A stretch of 64,000 nt of DNA from Thermoanaerobaculia bacterium (GCA_044226625.1 JBGAGQ010000012.1:32001-96000), one strand, 5' to 3'; shown: positions 9,537 through 19,376, counted from the first letter of the stretch. Notes: a model not told the origin generated them from the sequence alone. Numbers and translations: made by a program.

Positions 9537-10844
9537 TCAGTCTACACCCGCTCCCGGTCCCTCGTCGGCAGCCCAGGCGATCCCCCCCTCGAAGTCGAAT
9601 CGATGCTCGGGGAAGTACACCCCTTCGCCGCGCTCGCGGGAGGTGACCGTGAACCCGAGCACCTTGCGCCGGTAGTCGTAGGGAGCGCCGTCGCGGGCGT
9701 GGACGGCGACGTCGACCAGGTATTCGCCGGGCGCGAGACGAAGCGAGGGGCAGTGGATCCGCACCCGCCCCTCCCCTTCCAGCCGCTCCGGTCGCCAGCC
9801 GGCGAGGTCGGTATTCGTTCCCCAGCAGGCGATGCCGCGCGGGGTGGCGATTGCAATGCCGAAGACGAAATCCTCGAGCGGCCGGCCGGCTCGCACGACG
9901 ATCTCGAAGGTCGCCGGAGCGCCCGATTCGAGCAGGTGGCGCTCCTCGGCTTCGGCGCCCTCCCCGACGCGCAGCCGGACGGCGACGATCTCCGCCTCGC
10001 GCGAGCCCCAGCGCAGCGGCTCGGTTTCGCCTTCTCCGGTTTCCTCGGGGGCCTTCTCGCCCTGGGCGCGATGCTCCCCCTCCTCGCGCTCGGCGACCTC
10101 TTGCCGGTAGGCGTCGATCGCCCGCCGCGGGTTGCCCACCAGGCGCTGCTTGCCCCCTTCGAGCCAGAGCGCGCGGTCGCAGAGACCCGCGACCAGGTCG
10201 AGCGAGTGGGAGACGAAGAGGACCGTCTTGCCCTGGACCAGGAGCTCTTCGATGCGCCGCAGACAGCGGTGGGAAAACTGCTCGTCGCCGACCGCGAGCA
10301 CCTCGTCGACCAAGAGGATGTCGGGATCGGTGTGGATCGCCACCGAGAAGCCGAGCCGCACGTACATGCCGGAGGAGTAGTTCTTGACCGGCTCCGCCAT
10401 GAAATCGGCGAGCCCCGAGAACTCGACGATCTCGTCGTACCGGCGGTCGATCTCCTTCCGCGAAAGCCCGAGCACGGCGCCGTTGATGTAGACGTTCTCG
10501 CGCCCCGAGATTTCCGGGTGGAAACCCGCGCCGAGCTCGATCAACGCGGCGACCCGGCCGGCGACCTCGACGCGCCCGGAGGTCGGCCGGATCATCCCGG
10601 CGATCAGCTTGAGCAGCGTCGACTTGCCCGAGCCGTTGCCGCCGACCACGCCGAACGCCTCGCCCCGCCCGACCGTGAAATCGATCCCGTCGAGCGCCAC
10701 GATCGCCTCACCGCGCGTGAGATTCCGCGTCAGGCTGCGCTCGACGAGCGCGCTCTTCAAGGTCCGGAACTGGTCGCGGGGGGCGGTCCGCCGATAGAGC
10801 TTGACCAGCCCTTCGACCCGGATCGCGGGATCGGATCCGCTCAC
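9537..10844 (-). CDS. wzt: Polysaccharide ABC exporter ATP-binding subunit with C-terminal Wzt_C domain
   Basis: GGNGSGKST, YSSGMYVRLGFS, LVDEVLAVGD and a C-terminal beta domain. The GTG start overlaps the wzm stop. Confidence 0.9.
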   Translation of the reverse strand: MSGSDPAIRVEGLVKLYRRTAPRDQFRTLKSALVERSLTRNLTRGEAIVALDGIDFTVGRGEAFGVVGGNGSGKSTLLKLIAGMIRPTSGRVEVAGRVAALIELGAGFHPEISGRENVYINGAVLGLSRKEIDRRYDEIVEFSGLADFMAEPVKNYSSGMYVRLGFSVAIHTDPDILLVDEVLAVGDEQFSHRCLRRIEELLVQGKTVLFVSHSLDLVAGLCDRALWLEGGKQRLVGNPRRAIDAYRQEVAEREEGEHRAQGEKAPEETGEGETEPLRWGSREAEIVAVRLRVGEGAEAEERHLLESGAPATFEIVVRAGRPLEDFVFGIAIATPRGIACWGTNTDLAGWRPERLEGEGRVRIHCPSLRLAPGEYLVDVAVHARDGAPYDYRRKVLGFTVTSRERGEGVYFPEHRFDFEGGIAWAADEGPGAGVD

Positions 10845-11644
10845 GCGGCCTCCACGAGCGTCTCGCGCAGACGGTCGAACAGCCATGCGCCGGCGCACCA
10901 GGCGAGCGCCGAGACGACGACCATGTGCAACCAGAGGGAGGGCTCCGGCATCCGGCCTTCGAAGATGGTCCGCTGGTAGGCGAGCGCGAACGGCGCGAAC
11001 GGATTCGCGCGGATCGCGAGCTGCACCTTGGGCAGCGCGACGAGCGCTTCGATTCGATAGAGGATCGGGGTGAGGAAGAACCCGAGCGCGAGCAGGTTCG
11101 TGAGCAGGTCGCGGACGTCCTTGAAATGGACGTTCAGCGCCGCGAGCCCGAGCGCGAGCCCGGCCACCAGCGGCACCTCGAGCAGGACCACCGCCGGAGC
11201 GAGGAGAGACGGCCACCCCCCGACCGGATGGCCGTAGGCGCGACCGACGAAGATCGCCCCGACGAGGATCGGCGTCGCGAGCAACAGATGGAACAGGTTC
11301 GAGAGGACCGCGACCGCGGGGAGCAGCTCAACGGGAAAAACCGCCTTCCTCAAGAGGCCGGAGTTGGCGGTGAGCGACACCGTTCCTTCGAGCAACGAGG
11401 TCGACAGCCAGATCCACGGAAAGAGGCCGCTCACCACGAACAGCGAATAAGGGTCGGCGCCGGAGACCCGGGGCCGGAAGATGACGGAAAAGACGAACGT
11501 GTAGACGCCGAGCAGGAGCAGCGGATTGGCCAGCGACCAGAGGTAGCCGAGCGCCGAGCCGCGATAGCGCGCCGCGAGCTCGCGGGTGGTGAGCGTCCAT
11601 AGCAGCGCGCGGAAACGGAAGATCTGGGCGGCGACCTGGAACAT
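10841..11644 (-). CDS. wzm: Polysaccharide ABC exporter permease
   Basis: RELAARYRGSALGYLWSLANPLL, FFLTPILY and NPF motifs, with about 6 TM segments. Confidence 0.9.
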   Translation of the reverse strand: MFQVAAQIFRFRALLWTLTTRELAARYRGSALGYLWSLANPLLLLGVYTFVFSVIFRPRVSGADPYSLFVVSGLFPWIWLSTSLLEGTVSLTANSGLLRKAVFPVELLPAVAVLSNLFHLLLATPILVGAIFVGRAYGHPVGGWPSLLAPAVVLLEVPLVAGLALGLAALNVHFKDVRDLLTNLLALGFFLTPILYRIEALVALPKVQLAIRANPFAPFALAYQRTIFEGRMPEPSLWLHMVVVSALAWCAGAWLFDRLRETLVEAA

Positions 11645-11740
11645 GGCGGAGGGCCGATCTTGTCACGAGAGTCCGCATGCCCTCGTTTCCCGCCGGGTTT
11701 GCCGAGCGGCCGGCGGCACCGGCCGCCGGCCGTTTCGACC

Positions 11741-11926
11741 TCAGCAAATGCAGGAGTTGAAGTCCGTGACGCGCGGCTGGCACTCCGCGAGGTACTTGGT
11801 GACGCAGCCCTGACAGACCGTGAACGAACAGCCGTTGGAGACGTTCGGCCCGGCGCCCGCGCCCGAGAGCGCTTCCGGATTCAGGTTCTGGAGGGTCTCG
11901 CGGTGGAGGGAGAGCTTCTTGCGCAT
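11741..11926 (-). CDS. Putative RiPP (lanthipeptide-like) precursor 2
   Basis: Leader MRKKLSLHRETLQNL, GA/AG junction, and a core with 6 Cys plus Ser/Thr. RBS GAAGGA. Confidence 0.8.
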   Translation of the reverse strand: MRKKLSLHRETLQNLNPEALSGAGAGPNVSNGCSFTVCQGCVTKYLAECQPRVTDFNSCIC

Positions 11927-12074
11927 GGTGGCATCCTTCGAGGGAAGTCCGCGGGCTTGAGCGACCGGGACTGGACTTGCCCTCTTAGGCGCAGCGCCCG
12001 AACCGTTTCCCTCACGCGCGGCGAAACGCGGCGAAATTCTCGAGCGAAGCGGCGGCGGTAGACTCGCGCCCTCG

Positions 12075-14345
12075 ATGGAATCGGTCCTCGTCCCCCTGCT
12101 CCCGGGCCTTTACATGGCGGCGCTCGCGGCCGTCTTACTGACCGCTTTGCGCCGATGGTGGGATCCCGTCCCTCTCGGCGTCGCGGCGGCGTTCGGCGTC
12201 GCGTTGCTCGCGCTGTTCGGCGGCGTGCTCTTCCGCGGCGAGATTCTCCTGCCGCTCGACAACCTGCGCGGAGAGGCGCCGTTTCGCGAGCTCGCCCCGA
12301 CCGTGCCACACGGCAACCTGATCCAGGGGGATCTGATCCAGCTCGTCGCGCCGAGCCAGGTGGAGGTCCGACGGGCGTTCGCGGAAGGTCGGTTGCCGTT
12401 CTGGAACGAACGGGTCGGAGCGGGCATGCCGCTGCTCGCCGATCCGCAGGCGCAGGTGCTCCAGCCGCTCGTGCTTCTCGCCCTGCCGTTCCCGCTCGGC
12501 GCCGCGGCCGGAGTGACGGCCGCGCTCCGCGTGCTGCTCGCGCTGGTCTTTACCTTCCTGTTCCTCCGGCGCGTGGGGCTCGGCTCGGGCGCGGCGCTCT
12601 GCGGCGCGTTCGGCTTCGGGCTCGGCGGCTTTGTCCTGCTCTGGCTCGGCTGGCCGATGGCGAGCTCGGCCGCCTGGCTGCCGGCGGTGCTCTACGCTTT
12701 GACCGTCCTGGCGCAACGGCAGGTCCGGCGCGACGCGTTCCTGCTCGGCTTCGCGCTGTTCGGACTGCTCCAGGCGGGTCACCCCGAAACGATCGCCTTC
12801 GCGCTCGTCTTCGCCGCGGCGTTCGCCCTGGTTCTCGCCCGTTCGCTCGCCGGCCGCTCGCGCCGCCCCTTCGGCACGCGCGCCGCCTGGGCGCTCGCGC
12901 TCGCCGTGGGGCTGGGCGCCCCGACGCTCCTGCCGGCGGCGCTCTACCTGCCGCACACGGCTCGCGCCGCGCGCGAGCAGGCCCGCCTCGCCGCGCTCGC
13001 CCCGTCCGGAGCGGCCGTCGTCGCGCGGACGATTCCGCTCTTCGCTCCGAACGCGCAGGGCAACAGCCGCTACCTCGACTATTGGGGGCCGAACAACACA
13101 AACGAGGACGCCTGCGCCTTCGCCGGCACGATCCTCCTGCTCGCCGCGCTCGTGGGGGCCGGGACCCTGCCCGGTGGACGCCGATCTGCTCGGGGCCGCG
13201 ATCTCGGAGGGGCCGCACGGGCGAGCCGCTTTCTCCTCGCCGCCGGAACGATCGCCGCCCTGGGCGCCGTGGGGCTAGGACGAACCCGGCTGCTCCTGAT
13301 CGCGGCCTTCGCCGTCGCCGCGCTCGGGGCGATCGCGATCGAGCGCTTCGCCCGCGGCGACGGCTCGCGCGCCGCGGCGCTCGGGCTCGGCCTCCTCCTC
13401 GCCGCGGGCCTCGCCTGGGCTTACCTCGCGCACCCCGACCCGGGCGATCCGGACCGCATGGCGGTCTTCCGGCTCGGCTGGCTCCGCTGGCAGCTCCGAT
13501 TCCTCGGCGCCGGCCTGGTGATCCTGATCGTCGCGCGGGGCCGACGGTTCCTGCCGTACCTGCTCGCGCCGCTCGTCGCCGCGGAGCTCTTCCTGATCCA
13601 CGCTCCGGCGAATCCGCCGATGCCCGCGCGCCTGCTCTTTCCGACTCCTCCGGCGATCCGGTTCCTCGAGGGCCACGTCCGGCCCGGGGAGCGGATCGCC
13701 GCGCTCGGCCGCGCGCTACCGCCGAACCTCGCGACGCTCTACGGGCTCTCGGACCTCCGCATCTACAACCCGGCGATGCCCGCGGCCTGGGAAAAGCTGG
13801 TCGCGCCGCTGGTCGACCGGCGCCTGGCACCGGGGCGCGGCGAGGTGCCGGCGTTTGGCCGGCCGCTCGATCCTCTCTATCCCCGTCTCGGCGTGCGCTT
13901 CCTGCTCACCGAGCCCGAGGCGACGCTGCCGCCGCCGCTCCGGCGGGTCTACTCGGACGGGGCGGCGCGGATCTGGGAGATCCCGGGCCCGTCGCCGCTC
14001 GCCTTCGCCGCCGGCCGCCCGGGACCGGAGGCGAGGCTCGGCATCGAGCGGCTCTCCCCCGCACATCTGCGTCTCCAGGTGCCTCCGGCGCTCCGCGGCA
14101 CGACCTGGCACCTCTCGACGGCCTTGTTCGACGACGGCGGTTGGCGCCTGCGGACCGACGACCGGGCCACGTCCACGGGCCACGAGCGGAACGCGCTCCT
14201 TTCAGCCGAGATCCCCGCCGGGACCGAGACGATCGAGATCGCCTACCGGCCGCCGGGGTTCGTCGCCGGCTGCCTGCTCGCGGCCCTCGCTGTCGGCGGG
14301 GCGATCCGCCGCGCCCGCGTGCCCGAACCGGTCGCTCGCGGCTAG
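12075..14345 (+). CDS. YfhO-like multi-TM GT-C glycosyltransferase
   Basis: LPFWNERVGAGMPLLADPQ, GHPET, many TM helices, and C-terminal DGGW...IAYRPPGF. Confidence 0.8.
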   Translation: MESVLVPLLPGLYMAALAAVLLTALRRWWDPVPLGVAAAFGVALLALFGGVLFRGEILLPLDNLRGEAPFRELAPTVPHGNLIQGDLIQLVAPSQVEVRRAFAEGRLPFWNERVGAGMPLLADPQAQVLQPLVLLALPFPLGAAAGVTAALRVLLALVFTFLFLRRVGLGSGAALCGAFGFGLGGFVLLWLGWPMASSAAWLPAVLYALTVLAQRQVRRDAFLLGFALFGLLQAGHPETIAFALVFAAAFALVLARSLAGRSRRPFGTRAAWALALAVGLGAPTLLPAALYLPHTARAAREQARLAALAPSGAAVVARTIPLFAPNAQGNSRYLDYWGPNNTNEDACAFAGTILLLAALVGAGTLPGGRRSARGRDLGGAARASRFLLAAGTIAALGAVGLGRTRLLLIAAFAVAALGAIAIERFARGDGSRAAALGLGLLLAAGLAWAYLAHPDPGDPDRMAVFRLGWLRWQLRFLGAGLVILIVARGRRFLPYLLAPLVAAELFLIHAPANPPMPARLLFPTPPAIRFLEGHVRPGERIAALGRALPPNLATLYGLSDLRIYNPAMPAAWEKLVAPLVDRRLAPGRGEVPAFGRPLDPLYPRLGVRFLLTEPEATLPPPLRRVYSDGAARIWEIPGPSPLAFAAGRPGPEARLGIERLSPAHLRLQVPPALRGTTWHLSTALFDDGGWRLRTDDRATSTGHERNALLSAEIPAGTETIEIAYRPPGFVAGCLLAALAVGGAIRRARVPEPVARG

Positions 14346-14355
14346 AATCGCGACC

Positions 14356-14664
14356 ATGGCCGAGACGAAAAAGCTCTCCGTCCGCTGCCCCGATTGCGGC
14401 TCCGATCTGGTGGTCGACGCCGCGACCGGCGAGGTCCTCTCGCATCGCAAGCCGAAGGCGCCCCTCGGCGGCGGCCGCGATTTCGCCTCGCTGTTCCGCG
14501 AGCTCGACGAGAGCAAAGCGAAAGCGGAGACCCTGTTCGAGCGGGAGAAAGCGGCGTTCGAAGACCGCGACCGCCTGCTCGAAGAGAAGTTCCGCGAGGC
14601 GATGAAGCGCGCCGAGGAAGACCCGGATCAGGGACCTCCGAAGCGCCCGTTCGACCTCGACTAG
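14356..14664 (+). CDS. Conserved small protein with CPxC zinc ribbon and coiled coil
   Basis: MAETKKLSVRCPDCGSDLVVDAATGEV...RPFDLD. TAGAAT lies just upstream. Confidence 0.8.
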   Translation: MAETKKLSVRCPDCGSDLVVDAATGEVLSHRKPKAPLGGGRDFASLFRELDESKAKAETLFEREKAAFEDRDRLLEEKFREAMKRAEEDPDQGPPKRPFDLD

Positions 14665-14735
14665 CGCGTCTTTTGCGGCGGCGCGCACTCCCTTTCGGGG
14701 ACCAAACCCCACACGAAAGAGAAAGCGAGGCCCTA

Positions 14736-14885
14736 GTGAAGAAGCGCACTCCGCCCAAGCTCCTCCTCAACCGCGAAACGCTCAAGACCTTGACCGGCGA
14801 GAGCGCGAAGGACGGGCTCCAGGCCGTGGCCGGAGGCTTCACCTACTCCGACGTGCGCAACTGCAGCGTCTGCTACTGCGAGTAG
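14736..14885 (+). CDS. Putative RiPP precursor 3 (49 aa; not separately called in the ORF track)
   Basis: GTG start. MKKRTPPKLLLNRETLKTL...AVAGG-FTYSDVRNCSVCYCE shares the leader motif of precursors 1 and 2. Confidence 0.75.
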   Translation: MKKRTPPKLLLNRETLKTLTGESAKDGLQAVAGGFTYSDVRNCSVCYCE

Positions 14886-15154
14886 TCGTCCCCCGGGAGG
14901 CGCGACCTCGGGCCGCCTCCCTTCTCTCCTTTCGATCCGCTTGCGAATCAAGGACTTGAGGTAAACTTCCACCCCGCGTGGCCCGCTCAAGGGCCCCCGC
15001 CGGACGCTTTTGGACCGCGCCCCCCGGTCGTCTGGGGATGCCTCGCGGCAGGGCGTCACGAGCGCGAAACGACCGCAGCATCCGAAATGCGCCTGGACGC
15101 GGTGCGACCGAGCAGAGAGCGCCCGCCAGCGAGCGCGTGAGAGAGGAGCCGAAC

Positions 15155-16831
15155 TTGACCCCATGGTGGCTGCGCCCCACGGCCGAGGGCGCATCGAAGG
15201 AAGAAACGCCGCAAGAACCCGCATATACCGACAGGCCGAGCGAAACGCCCACCGAGGCTGCCGCTTCGAGCGAACTACCGAGCGTCGAACCGGCCGTCCA
15301 GGCGGCGGAGTGGACCAGCGCGCCGGTCGAAGAGACCCCGACCGCGGAATCGAGCGTCCCCGCTACGCCCCCCGCCGCCGAGATTCCCGCCTCGCCCCGG
15401 ATGGCCGTCCCCCCCGCCGAGCCCCCGCCGCCCGCGGCCCCCGCCGCCACCGGCTGGCGCTCGTGGCGGCAGCCCTCGGAAGAGGTCGCGCCGCCGGTCT
15501 CGTCGATCCTCGATCGCGAGCCGGAGCCCGCGCCGAGCTACTACGCCACCGAGAGATCGCCTTACCTCGAGCCGCCCGCGTCGAACGTGACGGCGAAGGA
15601 ACCCGCTGCGGAGGCCTCGGCCGCTCCCGTTGAGACGCCGGAGACCCTCGACGCCCTGGGTGTCCCTCCCCCCGCTCGCGGGGGGAGGCTAGGAGGGGGG
15701 CCAGAGCAAAACAACGCGGCCGAGCCGACCGAAATCACCGAGACCGGCGAGGTGATCGAGGCAGAGGTCGTCGAGATCTCCTCCGCGGCGGAGCCGGCCG
15801 GCGAAACGGAAGAAGCACGCGAAGGTCGCCGTCGCACCCGCCGCCGTGGCGGTCGCCGCCGCAACGGCCGCGCCGCCGCCGAGACCGCCCTTTCGGCGCA
15901 GCCCGAAGAGGACGAGGCCGAGGAGGACGAGGTCGAGGCGCCGATCGCCATCGCGCCGCCGGCCCGCCGCCCGCCGATCCAAGAAGACGCGGTCTTCCGG
16001 CGCCGCGAGGCGTTCGACTACGAAGCCGCGTTGCCGCCGCGCGAGATCGTGGTCACCGTCCCCGAGCGCCGGAGCGCCGACGAGCGGAAGATCGCCCTCT
16101 TCTGCGACCTGGAGAACGTCGCGCTCGGCGTGCGCGACTCCGACATCAAGAAGTTCGACATCGAGCTGGTGCTCGAGCGTCTGCTCGAGAAGGGCAAGAT
16201 CATCGTCAAGAAGGCCTACGCCGACTGGGAGCGCTACAGCGACTACAAGCGCCCGTTCCACGAGGCGGCGATCGAGCTGATCGACATCCCGCAGAAGCAC
16301 TACTCGGGCAAGAACAGCGCCGACATCAAGATGGTCGTCGACGCGATGGACCTCTCCTACTCGAAGGAGCACCTCGACACGTTCGTGCTCCTCTCGGGCG
16401 ACAGCGACTTCTCGCCGCTGGTCTCCAAGCTCAAGGAGAACAACAAGTACGTGATCGGGATCGGCGTGAAGAACTCCTCGTCGGCGCTGCTGATCGACAA
16501 CTGCGACGAGTTCATCTTCTACGAGGACGTCTGGCGCGACCAGCAGAAAGCGCCGCACGTGGTGGGCGTCAACAAGAAGAGCACCGAGGCGTTCAGCCTG
16601 ATGGTCGAGTCGATCCAGGCGCTCCTGCGCGAGAACAAGGACGTCCTCTGGGGCTCGATGATCAAGCAGACCATGCAGCGGAAGAAGCCGGCGTTCAACG
16701 AGGGGTACTACGGCTACAGCACCTTCTCCGAGCTTCTCGAAGACGCCGAGCGCAACAACGTGATCAAGCTCAAGAAGGACCAGCGCTCGGGCACTTACAT
16801 CGTGACCGGCTTCGCCGGCTCGAAGCGGTAG
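15155..16831 (+). CDS. NYN (LabA/DUF88) domain protein with C-terminal OST-HTH/LOTUS and long disordered N-terminus
   Basis: IALFCDLEN, KNSADIKMVVDAMD, SGDSDFSPL, CDEFIFYE and YGYSTFSELLE. Probable TTG start after GAGGAG. Confidence 0.88.
   Translation: MTPWWLRPTAEGASKEETPQEPAYTDRPSETPTEAAASSELPSVEPAVQAAEWTSAPVEETPTAESSVPATPPAAEIPASPRMAVPPAEPPPPAAPAATGWRSWRQPSEEVAPPVSSILDREPEPAPSYYATERSPYLEPPASNVTAKEPAAEASAAPVETPETLDALGVPPPARGGRLGGGPEQNNAAEPTEITETGEVIEAEVVEISSAAEPAGETEEAREGRRRTRRRGGRRRNGRAAAETALSAQPEEDEAEEDEVEAPIAIAPPARRPPIQEDAVFRRREAFDYEAALPPREIVVTVPERRSADERKIALFCDLENVALGVRDSDIKKFDIELVLERLLEKGKIIVKKAYADWERYSDYKRPFHEAAIELIDIPQKHYSGKNSADIKMVVDAMDLSYSKEHLDTFVLLSGDSDFSPLVSKLKENNKYVIGIGVKNSSSALLIDNCDEFIFYEDVWRDQQKAPHVVGVNKKSTEAFSLMVESIQALLRENKDVLWGSMIKQTMQRKKPAFNEGYYGYSTFSELLEDAERNNVIKLKKDQRSGTYIVTGFAGSKR
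15664..15700. repeat. REP-like palindrome inside the NYN gene
   Basis: ccctccccccgctcgcggggggaggctaggagggggg matches the intergenic copies at 16971 and 24569. Confidence 0.8.
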
Positions 16832-16860
16832 AGCCGGACCGCAGCAGCCCCTACCTCGAT

Positions 16861-17008
16861 CCTCCCCCGCAAGCGGGGGAGGAAGCTCTTGTCCGTTCGG
16901 GCTTTTCACCGCCGGTCGGCGGAGAGTTCCTCCTCTTCTCCTGCCATCCACCGTCGGCCCGGCGAAGGGTCCCTCCCCCCGCTTGCGGGGGGAGGCCAGG
17001 AGGGGGGC
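16861..17008. repeat. Pair of REP-like palindromes (CCTCCCCC GC AA/TT GC GGGGGAGG) between convergent genes
   Basis: cctcccccgcaagcgggggagg at 16861 and ccctccccccgcttgcggggggagg at 16971. Confidence 0.85.
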
Positions 17009-17010
17009 GG

Positions 17011-17292
17011 CTACCCCGCGCTTCCGCGCCGCAAACTGCGCCCGACCCCCCAGGCGACGAGGCCGCCGAGCAGCGCCCATTCGAGCCCGCCGAAGACGAT
17101 CGAGCAGACGAACAGGGTCGCACCGCCCGTGCCCGAGTAGGCGAGCGAAGCGGGCAGCCCCATCCAGATCATCAGGTTGGACGCGCCGAAGGGATCCCAG
17201 GTCCGCCAGATCCAGAGCACGGCGAGGCCGTGGATCAGAAAGCCGGCGATCGCGGCGTGGCGGATCGCGTTCTTCATTTGGACCTGGCTCAC
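17011..17292 (-). CDS. Small membrane protein
   Basis: Hydrophobic segments. Co-oriented just downstream of the FGE gene. Confidence 0.6.
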   Translation of the reverse strand: MSQVQMKNAIRHAAIAGFLIHGLAVLWIWRTWDPFGASNLMIWMGLPASLAYSGTGGATLFVCSIVFGGLEWALLGGLVAWGVGRSLRRGSAG

Positions 17293-17313
17293 GTCCGATC
17301 GCTCCTCGCCGGC

Positions 17314-18000
17314 TCAGGCGCCGCTCGATGCGAGCCGAAAGCCGTAATCCGCGTAGCGCAGATGCGGCCGGATCGAGGAGCGCGCGGCGCAGCGGCTCCC
17401 TTTGATCTGATGCCGCCACGAGCCGCCGCGCGACGAGCGTCGCACACCGGTCGCCGGACCCTGCGGATCGGTTTCGGCCGAGACGGAATAGTAGCCCGCA
17501 TCGTATCGGTCGCCGCACCACTCGTGGACGTTCTCGCCTAGCCCGAAAAACCCGAGCGGATGCCGTGAAGGATAGGCGTCGACGACCTCCGGTCCGTTGC
17601 GCCAGCGCGCCGAATAATCCGCAAGCGACTCCGGGGGATCGTCCCCCCACGGATAGAGCACGTCGCGGCCGGCCCGTGCCGCGTACTCCCACTCGGCCTC
17701 GGTAGGCAGCCGGACCACCTCGCCGACCCGCCGGCCGAGCCAATCGCAGTAGGCGACCGCGTCGTCCCAAGACGGACCCACCGCGGGCATTCGCGGATCG
17801 CCGAACGCCGGCTCGCCCCAAAACGAAGGCGCCGCATGGCCGGTCTCGTCGAGGAAGGCCTGGTATTCGCACCGCAGCACGGGAGCCCGCGCGAGCCGAA
17901 ACGGCGAAAGCCGCACCCGATGCGCGGGATTTTCCTCGTCCCGCGGCCCGCCCCCCATCACGAACGTCCCGCCGGGGATCGCGATCCAGTCGGGGGTCAC
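17314..18000 (-). CDS. Formylglycine-generating enzyme (SUMF1/FGE-sulfatase) family protein
   Basis: IPGGTFVMG, RLPTEAEWEYAARAG, NVHEWC, RGGSW and GFR. Confidence 0.9.
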   Translation of the reverse strand: MTPDWIAIPGGTFVMGGGPRDEENPAHRVRLSPFRLARAPVLRCEYQAFLDETGHAAPSFWGEPAFGDPRMPAVGPSWDDAVAYCDWLGRRVGEVVRLPTEAEWEYAARAGRDVLYPWGDDPPESLADYSARWRNGPEVVDAYPSRHPLGFFGLGENVHEWCGDRYDAGYYSVSAETDPQGPATGVRRSSRGGSWRHQIKGSRCAARSSIRPHLRYADYGFRLASSGA

Positions 18001-18008
18001 GGCGCCGG

Positions 18009-18791
18009 CTACACCACCTCGACCCATTCGAGCTCGACCTCTCGACCGAGGATGCGGGCGGCGGTGCGGCGGAAGGAGTCGTTCAAGTCGGTGACCGCGA
18101 AGTGGTGGACCGGCGGGCTCTCGCGGTCGGTGAGGAGCCCCGCCGCTTCGAGGCCCGCGGCGACCGATTCGGCGATGGCTTGGGCGGAATCGATCAGGGC
18201 GACCGTCGGCCCCGCGACCCGTTCGAGCACCGGCACGAGCAGCGGATAGTGGGTGCAGCCGAGGACCAGCGTGTCGACCCGCGCGTCGAGCAGCGGCGCG
18301 AGATAACGCCGCGCCACGAGCTCCGTCACCTCGTCGTCGTGCCACCCTTCCTCGACCAGCGGCACGAACAGCGGGCAGGCGCGCGACAGCACGTCGAGCT
18401 CGGGGCGCAGGCGCAGCAGCGCGCGCGGATAGGCGTCGGAGCGCACGGTGGCCTCCGTCGCCAGCACGCCGATGCGCCCGTGGGTGTGGGCGGCAGCGCG
18501 CTCCGCGCCCGGCTCGATCACGCCCCAGGTCGGCAGATGCAGTTCGAGGTTCGGCAGGGCAAGGGCCGAGGCGGTGTTGCACGCGACGACGACCGCTTTG
18601 ACGCCGCGGCGTTCGAGGAAAGCGACGTTCCTCCGGGTGTAGCGGGTGACCGTATCTTCGGATTTCGAGCCGTAGGGAAGGCGCGCCGTGTCGCCCAGGT
18701 AGAGGATCGATTCGCGCGGCAGCCGCTTCTGGAGCGCCGCGACCACGGTGAGGCCGCCGACTCCGGAATCGAAGACGCCGATCGTATCCAT
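18009..18791 (-). CDS. murI: Glutamate racemase
   Basis: [23 protein letters not shown] and LGCTHYP. Confidence 0.97.
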   Translation of the reverse strand: MDTIGVFDSGVGGLTVVAALQKRLPRESILYLGDTARLPYGSKSEDTVTRYTRRNVAFLERRGVKAVVVACNTASALALPNLELHLPTWGVIEPGAERAAAHTHGRIGVLATEATVRSDAYPRALLRLRPELDVLSRACPLFVPLVEEGWHDDEVTELVARRYLAPLLDARVDTLVLGCTHYPLLVPVLERVAGPTVALIDSAQAIAESVAAGLEAAGLLTDRESPPVHHFAVTDLNDSFRRTAARILGREVELEWVEVV

Positions 18792-18800
18792 GGCCGCGCG

Positions 18801-19376
18801 TTACGGGGCGAGAAGGCTGCGGTCGGCCGCGAATGGCCGGCTGGTGTCGAGATGGCCGCCGAAGCTCTCTCGCTGGACGCCGTTCCAGAGCAGGGCGACG
18901 CGCGAGACCTGCTCGACGTTCAAGGCGATCGAATCGACCAGGGAGTAGACGCGCTGCATCTCGGCGAGCGAGCCCGACGAGGGAGGATCGGCGAGCGTCT
19001 CGGAGCGGAGGTCGACGTAGGCCGTACCGTCGGCGGCGAGCAGGATCCCTCCGACCGTCACCCCCTCGGGGAACGACCGCCCGAGATCTCCCTGGCGCGG
19101 TCCTTCGAGCACCCCGAGGACGATCTTGCGCACGCGGTCCTTCGGCTCCGGCGTGACGTCGAGCACGCGCCGCTCCGGGATCAGGTACTCCCCCGGCCCC
19201 GGGAAGTAGAGCGAGACGGTGATCCGCTCGGTCCCCTCGGGAGCGGCGCCGGTCAAGCTGTCGATCACCCCGGTGAGGCTCTTCTTGCCGCCGCGGGTCG
19301 CGACGAGCCAGATCCCGCCGCCGATCACCACCAGGGCGAGCAGCGCAAGGATGACTTTCGCCGCGGTGCGATTCAT
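18801..19376 (-). CDS. GerMN domain-containing protein
   Basis: N-terminal TM, LYF, LEGP, AYVDL, VYSLVDS and GHLD. Lies in the typical amidase-GerMN-murI order. Confidence 0.85.
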   Translation of the reverse strand: MNRTAAKVILALLALVVIGGGIWLVATRGGKKSLTGVIDSLTGAAPEGTERITVSLYFPGPGEYLIPERRVLDVTPEPKDRVRKIVLGVLEGPRQGDLGRSFPEGVTVGGILLAADGTAYVDLRSETLADPPSSGSLAEMQRVYSLVDSIALNVEQVSRVALLWNGVQRESFGGHLDTSRPFAADRSLLAP

